NCBI GenBank assembly: GCA_035289645.1
Contig: DATDWL010000002.1
Coordinates: 759-64,758 of the forward strand
Length of the DNA: 64,000 bases
Direction of reading: 5' to 3'
From: Candidatus Peribacterales bacterium
Lineage (GTDB): Bacteria > Patescibacteriota > Gracilibacteria > Peribacterales > Peribacteraceae
The notes beneath the pieces are model-generated. The model was not told where the DNA came from, searched no databases, and worked only from the letters and a program-made list of their open reading frames with translations. The position numbers and the translations under genes are program-made. Positions 33,099 through 43,095 of the stretch are shown one piece after another. Each line of letters opens with the position of its first letter. Position 1 is the first letter of the stretch.

Positions 33099-35649
33099 GC
33101 GGCGATGGCGATGCGCCCGGCGCACCTCCCTGCGCGCCTGCTTGCATGTAGGCTCCGATTCTTCGCTCGATCTCGCGTCCGACGAACTTCTTATCACGGC
33201 CGTAGGTGAGGCGGGAGAGCTGTTTGTAGGCTTCTGCTGCGGCATCGTCACCCTTCACGGCGTAGGGGTTATCCGGAATGATGGAGAACGGGGCTGATGG
33301 CTGCGTATCCACCGAAAGCTTCATGACGGCTTTGTACTTATCCATATTCACAAGATCGGATTCGGAGAAGGTGGGAGCCATTTCTTTGGCGCAGAACTCT
33401 GCATCCTGTGCGCCGACTTTGTAGAACATCATGGTACCGACGTTACCGAAGACAGCACCCTTCAAATTCACGCTCGAACTCAATTTATTCTCCTTCTCCA
33501 ATTGATCGAGGTACTGGTGCGCCATGCAGAGGCCGAGTTTGTATTTTCTTGCTTCGCTCAAGATCGATTCGATTGATTCCGTGACGTAGTTTTGGAATTC
33601 GTCGATGTAGAGGAAGAACGGCTGACGCTCTTCATCCTTCATCTGCTGTCTGCGCATCGCTGCCACTTGTACCTTATTCACTACCATCAAACCGAGGAGC
33701 TGCGAGTTGATATCGCCGATGAGCCCCTTGGAAAGGTTCATGAGGAGAATCTTCTTCTTACTCATCACCTCGCTAAAATCGAACGCGCTCTTCACTTGGC
33801 CGACGATGTTGCGGATGAGGGTATTCGTCGTAAACTGGCCGAATTTAGCGGCAAAGTAGGGGATCATTTCTTGTTTTTCTCGCTGGCCGGTAGCTGCCAT
33901 CTGCTTATCCCAGAACGACTTCACAATGGGATTTTTCACCTTCTGCACCTTGTACTTCTGCCATTCGTCATCCGTGAAGAGGCGTACGAGATCCGTGATG
34001 GCGCCGCCCTCCTCCTCATCTGCCATCAGCGTAAGACATCCGTTCCGGAAGTAATCTTGAATGCGCGGACCGAAAATTTCTTCACCGAACATCTTCACCA
34101 TCATGTTCATCGCATCCAGCGCAATCAGATCCCGCTCCTCCTCTGTTTTTCCCTCGAGCATATTGAGTCCCATCGGACGTTCGGTGTCGGCGGGGTTAAA
34201 GTAGATGACATCGTTCGCGCGCTCGCGCGGGATGCGCGGCAGGAGTGCTTCGATGAGGCTACCGTGTGGATCAACAATGCAGCAGCCGTTCCCTTGGAGA
34301 AAATCCTGCACCGCAAGATTGATGATCATGGTGGATTTTCCCGTTCCGGTTTGTCCGATGATGTAGAAGTGTCGGAAGCGATCCTTAAACTTCATGTATA
34401 TCTCCTGCTTCTCGCCGCGGTAAATGTTGGTGCCGAGCTTTACGCCGAGTTCCCCGCCCTCCTCCAATGATTTTGGGACACTCTTCGGCGCTGGAACAAT
34501 TTTATAGTTTTGCCATTTGATTGTTGTAACTTTGTTGTAGGAAATATTGGGGAAGTGGAAAAATCCCGCGAGTTCGAATGCGGAAAGAATCATCAGTTTC
34601 CGGTGCATCCACAGAATAAATGGACGCCGTGGGTTCCGCCGGATGAAATCGGCAATGAGTTTTCGGTTGCTGTGGTGGCGGCTTCGGATAAGGCAGGAGC
34701 CTGCGATATCGGAAAATTGTGTGAATCCTCCAACGATGTTTTCGATCTGTTCGTCTGCCTTCCTCTTTGTTCCGGCGGAGGTGACGATGCGAATGACGGT
34801 CTGATACCCCGGCGAGCCCGCTTTCGTATCCATGGTTTTGCTCAATTCCTCCGTCATCTGTGAAACACGTTCGCCGGAGCTCTGTCCTTCGCCACCTTCC
34901 AATTTAAAGAGCGTCGAGCCGTGCGCCAGTGTGGAATAGAAGGCAGAGAGCCACGTGATAGGGTTCATGATCGAGATCGCATGCTTTTTGGGATTGAGCA
35001 GCTTTTGTGCTTCCTTCCTCGCTTTCCTATGCCATCCGGACTTCATGGGACGGAGCATGATCTGCACGGCTGCGCCTTCATCCGCATGAAGCTTGCTAAA
35101 TGCATTGGTGATCGCATTCAGAGGATCTGTTTTCATCGTCTCGTATGTCTTGAACGGTTTGTAGCCGGGTTGCGATGGAATGAGGTAGGTAGAGGTTGTG
35201 AAAGAATCTTTGGTGAAAATGTTGTAATCCTCCACTTCGTCGATCACGGCATCGGGGTAAAAGGATGTAATCTGCTTTTCCGTGAACGATAGGAGAGAAC
35301 GCGGGATGACAACATAAAAGAGAATTTCCCCTTCCAGCGCCGCAAATTCCACCGAGAAAAATGGCTGTCCCGCGATGAATCTGTGGAGTTTCCTATATTC
35401 ATACATTCCATAGAATGATTGGAACAGGTGATCCATGACTCCGACGACATCTTTAAATGTTTTGCCGGAGCTAAATTCTTCCGACATTCGTTCTTTATCT
35501 TCTTTGCTTTCCTTCTTCGGCATAAGGACCTGCAAGAACACAAGACTTCGTGATCGCGCTCGATCCGCTATCCTGCGGCAGAAAAGGATTGCTGCCGGGA
35601 AGGCAGCGGCACCAAGGATAAGCAGTGCTCCGAGGAGCGGTAGTTCCAT
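33088..35649 (-). CDS. VirD4/TraG-like type IV coupling protein
   Basis: 853 aa. N-terminal TM segment, Walker A IIGQTGTGKST and Walker B FFLYIDEFQNY. Confidence 0.85.
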   Translation of the reverse strand: MELPLLGALLILGAAAFPAAILFCRRIADRARSRSLVFLQVLMPKKESKEDKERMSEEFSSGKTFKDVVGVMDHLFQSFYGMYEYRKLHRFIAGQPFFSVEFAALEGEILFYVVIPRSLLSFTEKQITSFYPDAVIDEVEDYNIFTKDSFTTSTYLIPSQPGYKPFKTYETMKTDPLNAITNAFSKLHADEGAAVQIMLRPMKSGWHRKARKEAQKLLNPKKHAISIMNPITWLSAFYSTLAHGSTLFKLEGGEGQSSGERVSQMTEELSKTMDTKAGSPGYQTVIRIVTSAGTKRKADEQIENIVGGFTQFSDIAGSCLIRSRHHSNRKLIADFIRRNPRRPFILWMHRKLMILSAFELAGFFHFPNISYNKVTTIKWQNYKIVPAPKSVPKSLEEGGELGVKLGTNIYRGEKQEIYMKFKDRFRHFYIIGQTGTGKSTMIINLAVQDFLQGNGCCIVDPHGSLIEALLPRIPRERANDVIYFNPADTERPMGLNMLEGKTEEERDLIALDAMNMMVKMFGEEIFGPRIQDYFRNGCLTLMADEEEGGAITDLVRLFTDDEWQKYKVQKVKNPIVKSFWDKQMAATGQREKQEMIPYFAAKFGQFTTNTLIRNIVGQVKSAFDFSEVMSKKKILLMNLSKGLIGDINSQLLGLMVVNKVQVAAMRRQQMKDEERQPFFLYIDEFQNYVTESIESILSEARKYKLGLCMAHQYLDQLEKENKLSSSVNLKGAVFGNVGTMMFYKVGAQDAEFCAKEMAPTFSESDLVNMDKYKAVMKLSVDTQPSAPFSIIPDNPYAVKGDDAAAEAYKQLSRLTYGRDKKFVGREIERRIGAYMQAGAQGGAPGASPSPLMM

Positions 35650-35774
35650 ACGTTACATTCTACCCGAATGTTATCCAGAATGACGAATTCGAATGCTCTT
35701 CTTGCCACCCGGTTTTCATCCTGATCGGGCACAAAAAAACGGCTGACAAACGCCAGCCGTTTTGATTTCAAAGA

Positions 35775-36161
35775 TTAGAATTGATCCGCGAGTTCGTTCG
35801 TGAAGAACCCGACGATAACACGAGCGAAGAAGATCACAACGAGACCAATGATGGCGTAGACAATCGTTTTGCGACCCTTTGTGACGTTCTCTTCGTTGCC
35901 ACCTGCAGTCAGAATGCGAATGCCGCCAACAATAACGAAGACGACAGCAACGAGTGCAAGGAATCCAAGAGCGAAATTAATGACTCGGACGACGGACTCA
36001 CGCGTTTGATTTGCTCCGCCGGTCGCCGTTCCCGGGATTTCCGGAATCTCTCCTCCAAACTGAGCGAATGCCTTTAGCGCTACAAATTGGAGGTAGGTGA
36101 ACGCGCCTGCGTAGGAAAGACCGTAGGCAATACTCTGCGGAACAGATCGAAGGTGCTTCAT
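35775..36161 (-). CDS. Small T4SS pilin-like protein (Pfam T4SS_pilin type)
   Basis: 128 aa. Signal-like N-terminus, then two hydrophobic helices flanking GGNEENVTKGRK, which is the usual VirB2/TrbC-like layout. Confidence 0.65.
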   Translation of the reverse strand: MKHLRSVPQSIAYGLSYAGAFTYLQFVALKAFAQFGGEIPEIPGTATGGANQTRESVVRVINFALGFLALVAVVFVIVGGIRILTAGGNEENVTKGRKTIVYAIIGLVVIFFARVIVGFFTNELADQF

Positions 36162-36212
36162 GGAGGAAAAGAGGGAAGAAACGAAGGAAAAGTGTCACTG
36201 ACCTTAGAGTGC

Positions 36213-36821
36213 ATGGTACGGCGACCTTTGCTCTTCGTCTATTGCTTCCCGATGCCCTTAAACCTAAAAAGAATTGACAGAAAACGAATACACTGGCATT
36301 ATATTTGCGTGGCAGCAACGCAAAACAATGAAGAACAAAGGGGCCTATCACACATATCGACTCTTCGGGGATCAGAAAGTGCCGCGCAACTTATTGTGCA
36401 TCAACCTCCGAAGCTCCACTCGCTTCTGACGCTTCTTACAGATCTCGAAAGGATCTCGGAAGTCATTCGCGAAGACAATGCAGGTGATCTTGGAACAAGT
36501 GGGGGATCGGGAACGGGTGTTGCGGGCGGACGCGGTTCCGCTGGTGTGTCCTTTCGCGATCAAGCAATCCAGTCACTTCCTTCTACCGAGGCAATGCGAC
36601 GTCACCTCACGCGACATTTGCAACACGAAGTGCGCGAGCTCGAGAAGCGCTCGGCGCGCATGGCACGTTCCAGAAAAAAAGGAAGCGCGTATCTGCTCAA
36701 CGAACTCTATGCAAAAATCCGACGCATTCAAACGTTGATTGCAGAGCTCATCGATGCGGCAGCCGATGTCGTGAAACGCCTCTACATCCGGCTCTTCATC
36801 GATCATCAACAATTGGTGTAG
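36213..36821 (+). CDS. Hypothetical protein with coiled-coil C-terminus (start uncertain)
   Basis: ORF 36087-36821 overlaps the pilin gene. The first internal ATG is at 36213 and an in-frame GTG lies at 36396. Confidence 0.35.
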   Translation: MVRRPLLFVYCFPMPLNLKRIDRKRIHWHYICVAATQNNEEQRGLSHISTLRGSESAAQLIVHQPPKLHSLLTLLTDLERISEVIREDNAGDLGTSGGSGTGVAGGRGSAGVSFRDQAIQSLPSTEAMRRHLTRHLQHEVRELEKRSARMARSRKKGSAYLLNELYAKIRRIQTLIAELIDAAADVVKRLYIRLFIDHQQLV

Positions 36822-36849
36822 TGCCGAGCGCTTGCTGCGAATCACGTTC

Positions 36850-37692
36850 CTACTTCTTTTCGAGGAGCGCTTTGAGCGCGCTCGGATCGATTTCCTGCAA
36901 TTTTTTTTGCACCTCGGGATCGTTGAGCATTTCCTGCACCGATGGGTGGTTCATGATGCCGATCATGTTTCCCTCCTTTGCCATTGCCTGAATATCAGGA
37001 TTTGCGATCAGATTCCGGACAACAGGTTCATCGATAATATCCGCAACCGGCGGATACGCCATGAGTGTTTGCATGGCTTTGGGATTCGTGGAGATTTGCG
37101 TTGCAAGGCTGATGCCGACATCGAACGTATGGAGGAGGGGATTTGTCTTCTGGGCAAATGTGCCGAGAGCCGATGTGCGGAATGCATCACCATGGGCGCG
37201 AATGATTGCCGTGGGGAGGAGGAAGATGCTCCCCTCCTTTTCTGCAGCGGATGCGGGAATGACCGAAAGTATGGAGCTTAAGAGCAGGATGAACCAACTT
37301 CCGACGAAGACGATGAGTGTTCCAAACACGCCCCCAACCAAACACCCGCTCGAAGCAACGATGAATTTATCCCATCCGTAGCGACGGCGTTCCAATTTGA
37401 GCAAGCGCGTGAGGAAGAGAAAGAGAACCCAGAGTGTTCCGTACGCGACGATTCCTCCGAGTGCCATGATAAATGTTTTGTGGAAGATCGTGGGAATTCG
37501 TTCGAGCGACAGGAGTGGTGTCAGCGCCCATCCGAACGGCTTTGCGAGTGGATACGATGCAATGAGGCCGGTAATACTGAAGAGTTCCTTAAAGATTCCG
37601 CGAGTGGCGCCGTGGAGAAAAAAGAACGCAATGGCTCCGAGGCCAAGGATGGTATAAGCGTGCGGAGGGAACGGCAGAGTAAGGTATTGCAT
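36850..37692 (-). CDS. cvpA: CvpA-family membrane protein
   Basis: The N-terminal half has the typical CvpA TM pattern (GATRGIFKELFSITGLIASYPLAKPF). Confidence 0.7.
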   Translation of the reverse strand: MQYLTLPFPPHAYTILGLGAIAFFFLHGATRGIFKELFSITGLIASYPLAKPFGWALTPLLSLERIPTIFHKTFIMALGGIVAYGTLWVLFLFLTRLLKLERRRYGWDKFIVASSGCLVGGVFGTLIVFVGSWFILLLSSILSVIPASAAEKEGSIFLLPTAIIRAHGDAFRTSALGTFAQKTNPLLHTFDVGISLATQISTNPKAMQTLMAYPPVADIIDEPVVRNLIANPDIQAMAKEGNMIGIMNHPSVQEMLNDPEVQKKLQEIDPSALKALLEKK

Positions 37693-37733
37693 TATCGAGG
37701 GTGAGTTCCAAGTAGTATAGCATAGGAAACGAC

Positions 37734-39383
37734 GTGTTTCTATCGATGTCTTCCATACTCTCCTTTCTTCGCTCGCGTTGCACGGCTCCCGTTGCCGCTA
37801 TGCTTAGCATGGTGGTTGTCCTCCTCTTCTTCGGAGGAATTCTCGCCGTCACCCACAATCCGCTTTCGCTTGATGATGGATTACGGCATTTTGTTATGGC
37901 GAAGGAACAACTGCGTCTTGGGATTGGCGCGGTGACATGGAGCCGATATTTCTTTTTGACGTACTTCATCCACCACGCTGTTGATCCATGGTTCTTGGCG
38001 AATCTTTCGTACGTACCGTTTACGTTTTTCACAAGCAGTGTTGCCGGTATTAAAGCGGCCACGTTTGCATTTTTGTGCGTGCTCGCTTTTTCCTTCTCGC
38101 TCTTTCTCCGTCGTTTTCCCGTAACGCCATTCTTCACTGCGCTCATTATTTTTCTCTTTTTCTTCGGCAGCGATACATTTGGGTTCCGGCTCATGCTTGG
38201 TCGGCCGTTTGTTCTTGTCTCTGCACTCATGCTCTTTGTGCTGCACGCGCTCATCACAAGACGATGGCTTCTCCTGGCTGTTCTCCTTGCACTTTCCACG
38301 CTCTTTTCCCATCTCTTCATTTTCCCCTTTGGCATCGCCGTGATCGGGTCTCTCTGGTGGTTATTTATTTGCCGAAATCCTCGCAGCGTCTGCGCATCGG
38401 TTTTTGCGACCATGGGAGGAATGACTACAGGCATCATTCTCCATCCGCAGAGCAGAGAATATGTCCTGTGGATGAAGAACATTTTTTTTGTCGTACCGTT
38501 TTCAAAAGAGCTTGATCTTGGAGGCGAAATTTATAGCGGTCTTGGATTTGCGGATGCCGGCGTCTACCTTCTTCTCATTTCGTGCATTCTGCTCATTTTT
38601 CTCCTCGCAGTTCGCCAGGAGCTTGCAAACGCACTCCATCGTCGTCCGGAAATTATTCTCCTTGGCGTCCTCGCACTGCTTTTCTTTGCTGCGTACCTCC
38701 TCTGGGTTCGTGCAATCGATCTCTTCTGGCCGATGGGAGTCATTCTTCTCCTTTCGCTTGTGAGTGCCACTGATGGCGCTATGCAGGATGCCAAGCGCTT
38801 TCTTTTTTCGAAACAGTTTCCGCTCGGCATACGTGCCATGCATGTCGTTATTGTTCTCTTCGTCATCACATCGGCGCATCATCTTTGGCTCTTTGTGGGT
38901 AATGATGATCGGCGATCCGTTGCATCATTTTCTGCAATCAATGCTGTTCCTGCAGGGAGTACTGTGTTCAATGCGGATTGGGAATACTTCCCTGTCCTCT
39001 TCTTTCTCCGTTCAGATCTCCTCTACGCGCGCGGCATGGATCCAACGCACGACGAACTCCCCGTGCGTTCGCTCATTGCCAAGCTCCACGAAGCAAAATT
39101 TCTTCCGAAGGAAACTCTGTTTTCCCGCGAATGGTTTACAGAGCTTTGGAGCCGCGTGGATATGAAGCAGCTTGGCATTCGTCGTATGGGAGAAAAAGAC
39201 GTCGATGCCGATGCGTGGCTTATGGAACTCCGCAGCATTGCTCAGCCTCAATACCTTGCGCTTTACCGAGGCGCACATCCGCGCCTCATTCAATCGCTCA
39301 CAACAAGTAGCGGTGCCACTCTGTTTTCGGAGAGCAGAGCGATGATTATTTTTTCGCTTCATCCATCAACGAATACTCGCTGA
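37734..39383 (+). CDS. Polytopic membrane protein, possibly GT-C-like
   Basis: 549 aa with at least 10 TM segments and an acidic DDG motif after TM1 (LSLDDGLRHF). No firm family call. Confidence 0.55.
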   Translation: MFLSMSSILSFLRSRCTAPVAAMLSMVVVLLFFGGILAVTHNPLSLDDGLRHFVMAKEQLRLGIGAVTWSRYFFLTYFIHHAVDPWFLANLSYVPFTFFTSSVAGIKAATFAFLCVLAFSFSLFLRRFPVTPFFTALIIFLFFFGSDTFGFRLMLGRPFVLVSALMLFVLHALITRRWLLLAVLLALSTLFSHLFIFPFGIAVIGSLWWLFICRNPRSVCASVFATMGGMTTGIILHPQSREYVLWMKNIFFVVPFSKELDLGGEIYSGLGFADAGVYLLLISCILLIFLLAVRQELANALHRRPEIILLGVLALLFFAAYLLWVRAIDLFWPMGVILLLSLVSATDGAMQDAKRFLFSKQFPLGIRAMHVVIVLFVITSAHHLWLFVGNDDRRSVASFSAINAVPAGSTVFNADWEYFPVLFFLRSDLLYARGMDPTHDELPVRSLIAKLHEAKFLPKETLFSREWFTELWSRVDMKQLGIRRMGEKDVDADAWLMELRSIAQPQYLALYRGAHPRLIQSLTTSSGATLFSESRAMIIFSLHPSTNTR

Positions 39384-40301
39384 TGGAATTTTCATTCTTC
39401 TTCTTTTAAGAAATGCGAGGACTTCTTCCGGATCAAAGAACGTGATGTAACAAGCAATCATCGCATAGAACCACCAGATTGCAGCGAGGAAGAGCGAAAT
39501 GCCGAGGTGGAAAACGATGCCTCCGCCCATGAACCAGAGCCTTGTTTTCCTGTGCCAGAGGCCAAAAGGGAGCGCGAGCTCGAATGCTTTCACGATGAAC
39601 ACCATCGCATCAAACACCCACAGAGGGGGAGAGAGCGAAAGGAAGAAGAATGCAACCGGCGTTGCCCACATGTTTTGGAACGAGAGAAAAAGCATCGAAC
39701 CATTCTGCCAATCCGGCAGCCACAATTTTTGTAAGCCAACGCCAAGGTAGGTTGCCGTGATTTGGAGCGCGATGATACGCTGAAAAAAAATCGAGATCGG
39801 TTCCCATGCAAAGAATGATCCATGCTTCATCAGCATATCGATCGAAAATGTTTTCCCGGATTCCGCGAAGATGAAGAGAAATGAAAAGAAGAGGAATAAT
39901 CGGTTATACGATGTCCCCATGTGGTGGTACGAGAGGTTGAATTCATAGAGGAAAAACAGAAATGCAATTACCGCACTCAGCCGTGTGCGGAATCCAAATG
40001 TGAATGTGATGAGCGATGCAATGTGAAGGCTCAGAATCATGAATGAAAATCCGGGCGAGAGGGGAGTGAGGACACTCTGCAGGAACGAAACTCCCGGGAT
40101 AGTGCCAAAGTGGATTGTGTAATCGTACGGAATCACGAGGCCACTCGTCGAAAACAGAAGATCGGCATATGGCAGCCGTAAGCCAAAATAGAGGAGCATC
40201 CACAGGCCAAAGAGAATACGCAGTATCGCGAGTGCGTGCGGCGGTCCTGATCGAAACCACCATACATTCCATAGCCGATGAAAATTCTGAAGTGTCATCA
40301 T
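39366..40301 (-). CDS. HTTM-domain membrane protein (second copy)
   Basis: HALAILRILFGLWMLLYFGLRLPYADLLFS... Start set at ATG 40301, which overlaps the partner gene stop (ATGA). Confidence 0.7.
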   Translation of the reverse strand: MMTLQNFHRLWNVWWFRSGPPHALAILRILFGLWMLLYFGLRLPYADLLFSTSGLVIPYDYTIHFGTIPGVSFLQSVLTPLSPGFSFMILSLHIASLITFTFGFRTRLSAVIAFLFFLYEFNLSYHHMGTSYNRLFLFFSFLFIFAESGKTFSIDMLMKHGSFFAWEPISIFFQRIIALQITATYLGVGLQKLWLPDWQNGSMLFLSFQNMWATPVAFFFLSLSPPLWVFDAMVFIVKAFELALPFGLWHRKTRLWFMGGGIVFHLGISLFLAAIWWFYAMIACYITFFDPEEVLAFLKRRRMKIPSASIR

Positions 40302-40777
40302 GGAATCGTGACAATGGGATATTTCACAATGCTCTCGGAGGTGCGGAGAGCATCCCATCCGAGCGCTGATTTTGGCCACTCTTCCCATGTTAGTCGGATC
40401 GATTCGTACGCATTTCCCTTTCTCTCTTCCAATGCACGGAGCTTCGCCGCAAGCTCCGCATACTTTTGCTTATGGATATCGTTCCCGAGGAACGAAAAGC
40501 TCCGCATCCTCCTATACATAATTTTGTTCCCCCGAATCATCGGATAATACGGCTCAAGATTAATCGTGTGCCATGTTCCATCACGTAACCCCTCTGCCAA
40601 AAGATCTGCGTTATAGCTCGTTGTACCTTGATACGGCGCCATCATGCCGTAGTGGTAGTGGAGCACTGGCCATGGAATAAACGGGAGAAACTGAGTCCTC
40701 GTCATGGTGTATGCAAGGGCATACGTCGTCATCACAAGGAAATAGAGGAGGAAGAGTTGGGCGAGAATTTTCTTCAT
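40298..40777 (-). CDS. Small N-anchored protein, partner of the second HTTM gene
   Basis: 159 aa with an N-terminal TM segment. Same size and position as ORF 31717-32193. Confidence 0.6.
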   Translation of the reverse strand: MKKILAQLFLLYFLVMTTYALAYTMTRTQFLPFIPWPVLHYHYGMMAPYQGTTSYNADLLAEGLRDGTWHTINLEPYYPMIRGNKIMYRRMRSFSFLGNDIHKQKYAELAAKLRALEERKGNAYESIRLTWEEWPKSALGWDALRTSESIVKYPIVTIP

Positions 40778-40952
40778 AAGATTTAGGTGAGTGTATACTT
40801 TTGGATAGAGCGTCTCTAGTATCCGTTCTTTATCATGTCCTTCGCCATTCCTCGCTACGCTCGGAATGCTCAGGACATAGGATCTTCGGGCTCATGCTTC
40901 GTCCGGCTTCGCTACGCTCCGCCGAACTCGCATTCGCCTCGAATTCACCTAT

Positions 40953-41028
40953 GGGGCTGTAGCTCAGTTGGTAGAGCGCGTCGTTCGCAATGACGAGGCC
41001 AGGGGTTCGATTCCCCTCAGCTCCACCA
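40953..41028 (+). tRNA. tRNA-Ala (anticodon CGC), CCA encoded
   Basis: ggggctgtagctcagttggtagagcgcgtcgttCGCaatgacgaggccaggggttcgattcccctcagctccacca. Clean cloverleaf with G3:U70. Confidence 0.95.
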
Positions 41029-41055
41029 TTCATGACTAACTTCACACTGAAATGC

Positions 41056-41676
41056 ATGAAGTGCACCCCGAACGAACTCCGTGGCATTTACGACGATTTC
41101 GCTACACGTTACGACCGTCATATCATGTGGCTGGAACGTATCGCTGGACTACGAAATATGCGTCAAAAGCTTTTTCAGCAAGCATGTGGTGATGTTCTAG
41201 ATGTAGCGACAGGAACAGGTGCCAATTACGAATTTTTTCCGGCTTCATGCAACGTTACAGGCGTCGATTTGAGCACACAGATGTTAGAAGTTGCGAAAGG
41301 TAGGGCTAATACACTGGGGAGAACAATTCATCTGCAGCCAATGAATGCGGAGCGGCTTGAGTATCCTACTGAATCGTTTGATACAGTTGCTTCGGGTCTA
41401 TCGCTTTGCACCATTCCTGATCCTGTTCGCGCGTTGCAAGAAATGTCGAGGGTATGTAAGAAGGATGGAAAGATTTTGCTGCTTGAACATGGGCCGAGTG
41501 ACTGGGCGGTTATTGCAGTAGCACAGGAGCTTTTTGTTGGTGAATGGCATGTACGGAAATTTGGTTGTCATTGGGATCGAGAACCTCAACAGCTAATAAA
41601 ACAAGCCGGACTGACCATTCGATCACATCGTCGACATTTTTTTGGAATGCTCCATGCAATAGAGGCGATGAAGTGA
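41056..41676 (+). CDS. Class I SAM-dependent methyltransferase
   Basis: Motif [16 protein letters not shown]. Start moved downstream of the tRNA. Confidence 0.8.
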   Translation: MKCTPNELRGIYDDFATRYDRHIMWLERIAGLRNMRQKLFQQACGDVLDVATGTGANYEFFPASCNVTGVDLSTQMLEVAKGRANTLGRTIHLQPMNAERLEYPTESFDTVASGLSLCTIPDPVRALQEMSRVCKKDGKILLLEHGPSDWAVIAVAQELFVGEWHVRKFGCHWDREPQQLIKQAGLTIRSHRRHFFGMLHAIEAMK

Positions 41677-41690
41677 GAATGTCCATTCAC

Positions 41691-42476
41691 TTAATCCCAA
41701 CAGAAATGAGGACCAACAACTTCACCTGTCCGCTCAACAATCCAAAAACTGATTGGGCGCTGGAGACTATCGGCAGATGGATTTTCCTCCCCCGAGAATT
41801 CCTTTAATTGTGCGATCTCATTTGGAGACATCATGTCAGCAATGGGTTTTCCATTCTGAGTCGTAGTGATGTGAAATGCAGAATCAATGGGCATACAAAA
41901 TGATCCTCCCATTTCTCGCCAGTCAGCCTGTATTTCAACATTGCTTAACGATGATTGTACTCGTCCTGCGATTGCTACTAACGCTCGAACTGGCAATGCA
42001 GATGCGTATTTTTCAAATTCAACGGGTACCTTCAATCTTCCTGCATCTTTTACATACGCAGCCGGATTCTTTACTGGCCAGGTGTTCATAGCATTTTTTG
42101 CTACCGTCTCTTCGGAAAAGGGACCGAGGACAACCGCGTAAAGATTCGGACTCAGTGCGCTCGTGAAATCTGTTGGCAAGACCCATGCGCCAAAATCTCG
42201 CGCACTGTTATTCGCTGCACTCTTGTCCTTACCAGTGGAGAGGATTGCAAAGTAGTTGTGTTCATTCTCTCTGAAAAGATTTTTGAGATTCTGCAGCTTT
42301 TCGTTCGCAATCTTTTCGCTGGAAGCAGAACTACTGCTTGAAGCGGCAGCCACTGCAATTACTGATGAGGAACTTTGTCTTTCTGCGAGTACATCACGAG
42401 GAATGACTTCCTCTCTAGGAGAGCACCCCGCAAGCGTTATGCCAAATACTAAATTCGCTATGAGAAAACGTTTCAT
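41691..42476 (-). CDS. Lipoprotein, possibly with a SPOR-like domain
   Basis: Lipobox LAGC, a Ser-rich linker, and NLYAVVLGPFSEETVAKNAMN, which is reminiscent of SPOR domains. Confidence 0.55.
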   Translation of the reverse strand: MKRFLIANLVFGITLAGCSPREEVIPRDVLAERQSSSSVIAVAAASSSSSASSEKIANEKLQNLKNLFRENEHNYFAILSTGKDKSAANNSARDFGAWVLPTDFTSALSPNLYAVVLGPFSEETVAKNAMNTWPVKNPAAYVKDAGRLKVPVEFEKYASALPVRALVAIAGRVQSSLSNVEIQADWREMGGSFCMPIDSAFHITTTQNGKPIADMMSPNEIAQLKEFSGEENPSADSLQRPISFWIVERTGEVVGPHFCWD

Positions 42477-42572
42477 GGTGAGATAGTAGTCTCATGTAAG
42501 TCATAAGTGTAATTTAAAACTCATATTGAATGCTCCACCAGACACAAAATATTGATATGATAGTGAAGAGAT

Positions 42573-42905
42573 ATGGCTATTAATCTTGCATTTTATGAAG
42601 AAATACTTGGCGAGGTCACTTTTTCTGATGTTGGGATATTTGCTGCAGAAGAGCATGTAAGCTCCTTTGCAGGAGATGTATTAGTAGTCGATGCAGGGGT
42701 CACTTCTCGATTCAAACATCTGATTCGTGAGGAAGATGTGGCTGAGCTACGAGAATGTTGCCGTAGAGGACCTCCAAAAATTCTTGAGCAACTATCGCAA
42801 AACACGTTAAGCGCATCTGCGAGAGAGATCGCTCTGCAGCGCCTTGCAACTCTCAGAGTCCTGGCTCATTGCTTGCGTCGAGAATTTAGATTAATTGTTC
42901 GATAA
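42573..42905 (+). CDS. Hypothetical protein
   Basis: 110-aa ORF in an AT-richer stretch. Confidence 0.4.
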   Translation: MAINLAFYEEILGEVTFSDVGIFAAEEHVSSFAGDVLVVDAGVTSRFKHLIREEDVAELRECCRRGPPKILEQLSQNTLSASAREIALQRLATLRVLAHCLRREFRLIVR

Positions 42906-43095
42906 ACAACCACCTTTATTTCTACCTAGGGGCAGACAATTTACTGGCCTTCGATGAGACTTCACTCCCCGTTCGACCCCGAGCTCACGGTTGAGGGGTG
43001 GTAAACCATTCGACTCGAATCGCGAATTCGCTCTATTTCACTCCATTCATGAGTATTTTGTGTAGCAAGCCAATGCTTGCTATAGAATGATGCGC

